DNA from: Anthoceros angustus | Taxonomy: Eukaryota > Plantae > Anthocerotophyta | NCBI GenBank assembly: GCA_010909165.1 | Contig: MU008175.1 | Coordinates: 372,001-436,000 of the forward strand | Direction: 5' to 3' | Length of the DNA stretch: 64,000 nt | Shown here: piece after piece, positions 62,858 through 64,000 of the stretch | Numbering within the stretch: position 1 is the stretch's first letter | Layout of the letters: each line of letters starts with the position of its first letter | The notes under the pieces: generated by a model | Database searches by the model: none | Seen by the model: the letters and a program-made list of their open reading frames with translations, nothing else | Told to the model about the DNA's origin: nothing | Position numbers and translations under genes: made by a program

Positions 62858-63236
62858 ACCGCAGCAACAGAGTTCTCACCCTCTTGAAAGTCACCTGTTT
62901 CCCGGTCCTCCGATCAACACAAAACAAACAGGCCATCAGCAAGAAAGCATCCCTTCACTGCTACTGCATGCCTCGGAACATCGCGATTTCTCAAAAGAGC
63001 CATTGCGCAAACGGAAGCACAGTCCATACCCACCTCAATGAACCAAGTGTACCCTAGCTGGAGCGCTCTCTTCACTCCCTGGTGGTCCTGCCTACTGGAC
63101 AACGGATTGCAAACCGGAAATCGTCTCGGCGAGGCCGCATTTGTGGCCGAAGAACGGCATCCCGGGAGGGGGCCCTGCATGCTGGACCTAAGGTTGATGA
63201 AGCACTGAGCTGGCCACTGCATCAGTCCAAGCCACA

Positions 63237-64000
63237 TTATTCCGAGTGCTCGCCGGAGCTGCTGTCCAACCACCTGAGGATCTCCTCTGAGTCTAAGCTG
63301 CTCTCCTCCTCTGCATCTGCAGGCCTCGATCTGCTGTTCCCCGGGATGCTCACCTCCTCTGCATCTGCAGGCCTCGATTCGCTGTTCCCCGAGCTGCCGC
63401 TCTCCCTAGAACTGCCGCTCTCCCCCGAAATGCCGCTCCCACCTGAGCTGCCGCTCCCACCCGAGCTGCCGCTCCCCTGAGCTGCGGCTCCCCGAGCTGC
63501 TGCTCCCCGAGCTGCCGCTCCCCGAGCTGCTCCCCGAGCTGCCGCTCCCCGAGCTGCTGCTACCCCTGAGCTGCCGCTCTCCCCTGAGCTGCTCTCCTCC
63601 TCCTCTCCATCTGCAGACCTCGATCTGCTCTCCTCCTCTGCATCTTCAGGCTGGATGTCGGAGGGTGCAGAAGCCAACGTGGTCTCCGGCGCTTCCTCGT
63701 CATCAGTGACTTCGATTTCCTCTTCCACAATTTCATATTCCTCATTCAGAAGCTTGTCGGCCATGAACATGCCCACTGTCAGATATTCCTCCACTTGCGA
63801 CACCATCGCTGGATCCGTTTTTGCTCTGAGCAGCTTAGAATCCGATGATTCACGGAAACGCAGCATTCTGGCGGACCGCATGGCACGCGTGAGACCGTGT
63901 CTGGCCTTGTGCGACCGATCTGGTGGCCATTCATATGTCTCGGGCTTCTCCTGCTCGTCTGCTGTCGGATTTGGATTCTCGGGCGCCTTCTGCTTCGACT
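63237..64000 (-). CDS. Acidic, low-complexity ORF running off the right edge
   Basis: Open frame with Glu/Ser-rich repeats; may be an exon of a larger gene. Confidence 0.45.
   Translation of the reverse strand, partial: SKQKAPENPNPTADEQEKPETYEWPPDRSHKARHGLTRAMRSARMLRFRESSDSKLLRAKTDPAMVSQVEEYLTVGMFMADKLLNEEYEIVEEEIEVTDDEEAPETTLASAPSDIQPEDAEEESRSRSADGEEEESSSGESGSSGVAAARGAAARGAARGAAARGAAARGAAAQGSGSSGGSGSSGGSGISGESGSSRESGSSGNSESRPADAEEVSIPGNSRSRPADAEEESSLDSEEILRWLDSSSGEHSE
63385..63595. repeat. 15/18-bp tandem repeat (GAGCTGCCGCTCCCC-type)
   Basis: Visible tandem units encoding GSSGES or GAAAR depending on frame. Confidence 0.85.

Overview
Eukaryotic nuclear DNA from a compact-genome, probably non-seed land plant (hornwort- or lycophyte-like; inferred from short introns and a 14-exon SUT2). 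Bases 1-~42 kb are an indel-rich nest of transposons with three layers. (1) A minus-strand Ty3/Gypsy gag-protease is interrupted mid-gag. (2) The interrupting element is a ~13.5 kb cargo-carrying DNA transposon (~29-bp TIRs at 1583 and 23310/40929, TGCA target duplication). It encodes a spliced Sola-like DDD transposase, a ParB-like domain fused to a beta-class N4C/N6A DNA methyltransferase, and other unknown ORFs. (3) Inside that transposon sits an 8.2 kb Ty3/Gypsy element (2044-10291, TATG target duplication) with a Dnmt3/DRM-like C5 methyltransferase between protease and RT, a PHD finger after integrase, and split A...B-A-B terminal repeats. About 9470-24170 recurs at ~24171-41815 with extra internal repeats, possibly from misassembly. 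From ~45 kb the sequence is clean and gene-dense: ATP12, an RRM protein, an orphan gene, SUT2, a divergent kinesin, tRNA-Arg(ACG) with two decayed copies, and an acidic repeat ORF. Motif calls in the TE region needed manual correction of 1-nt indels, and no database searches were run.
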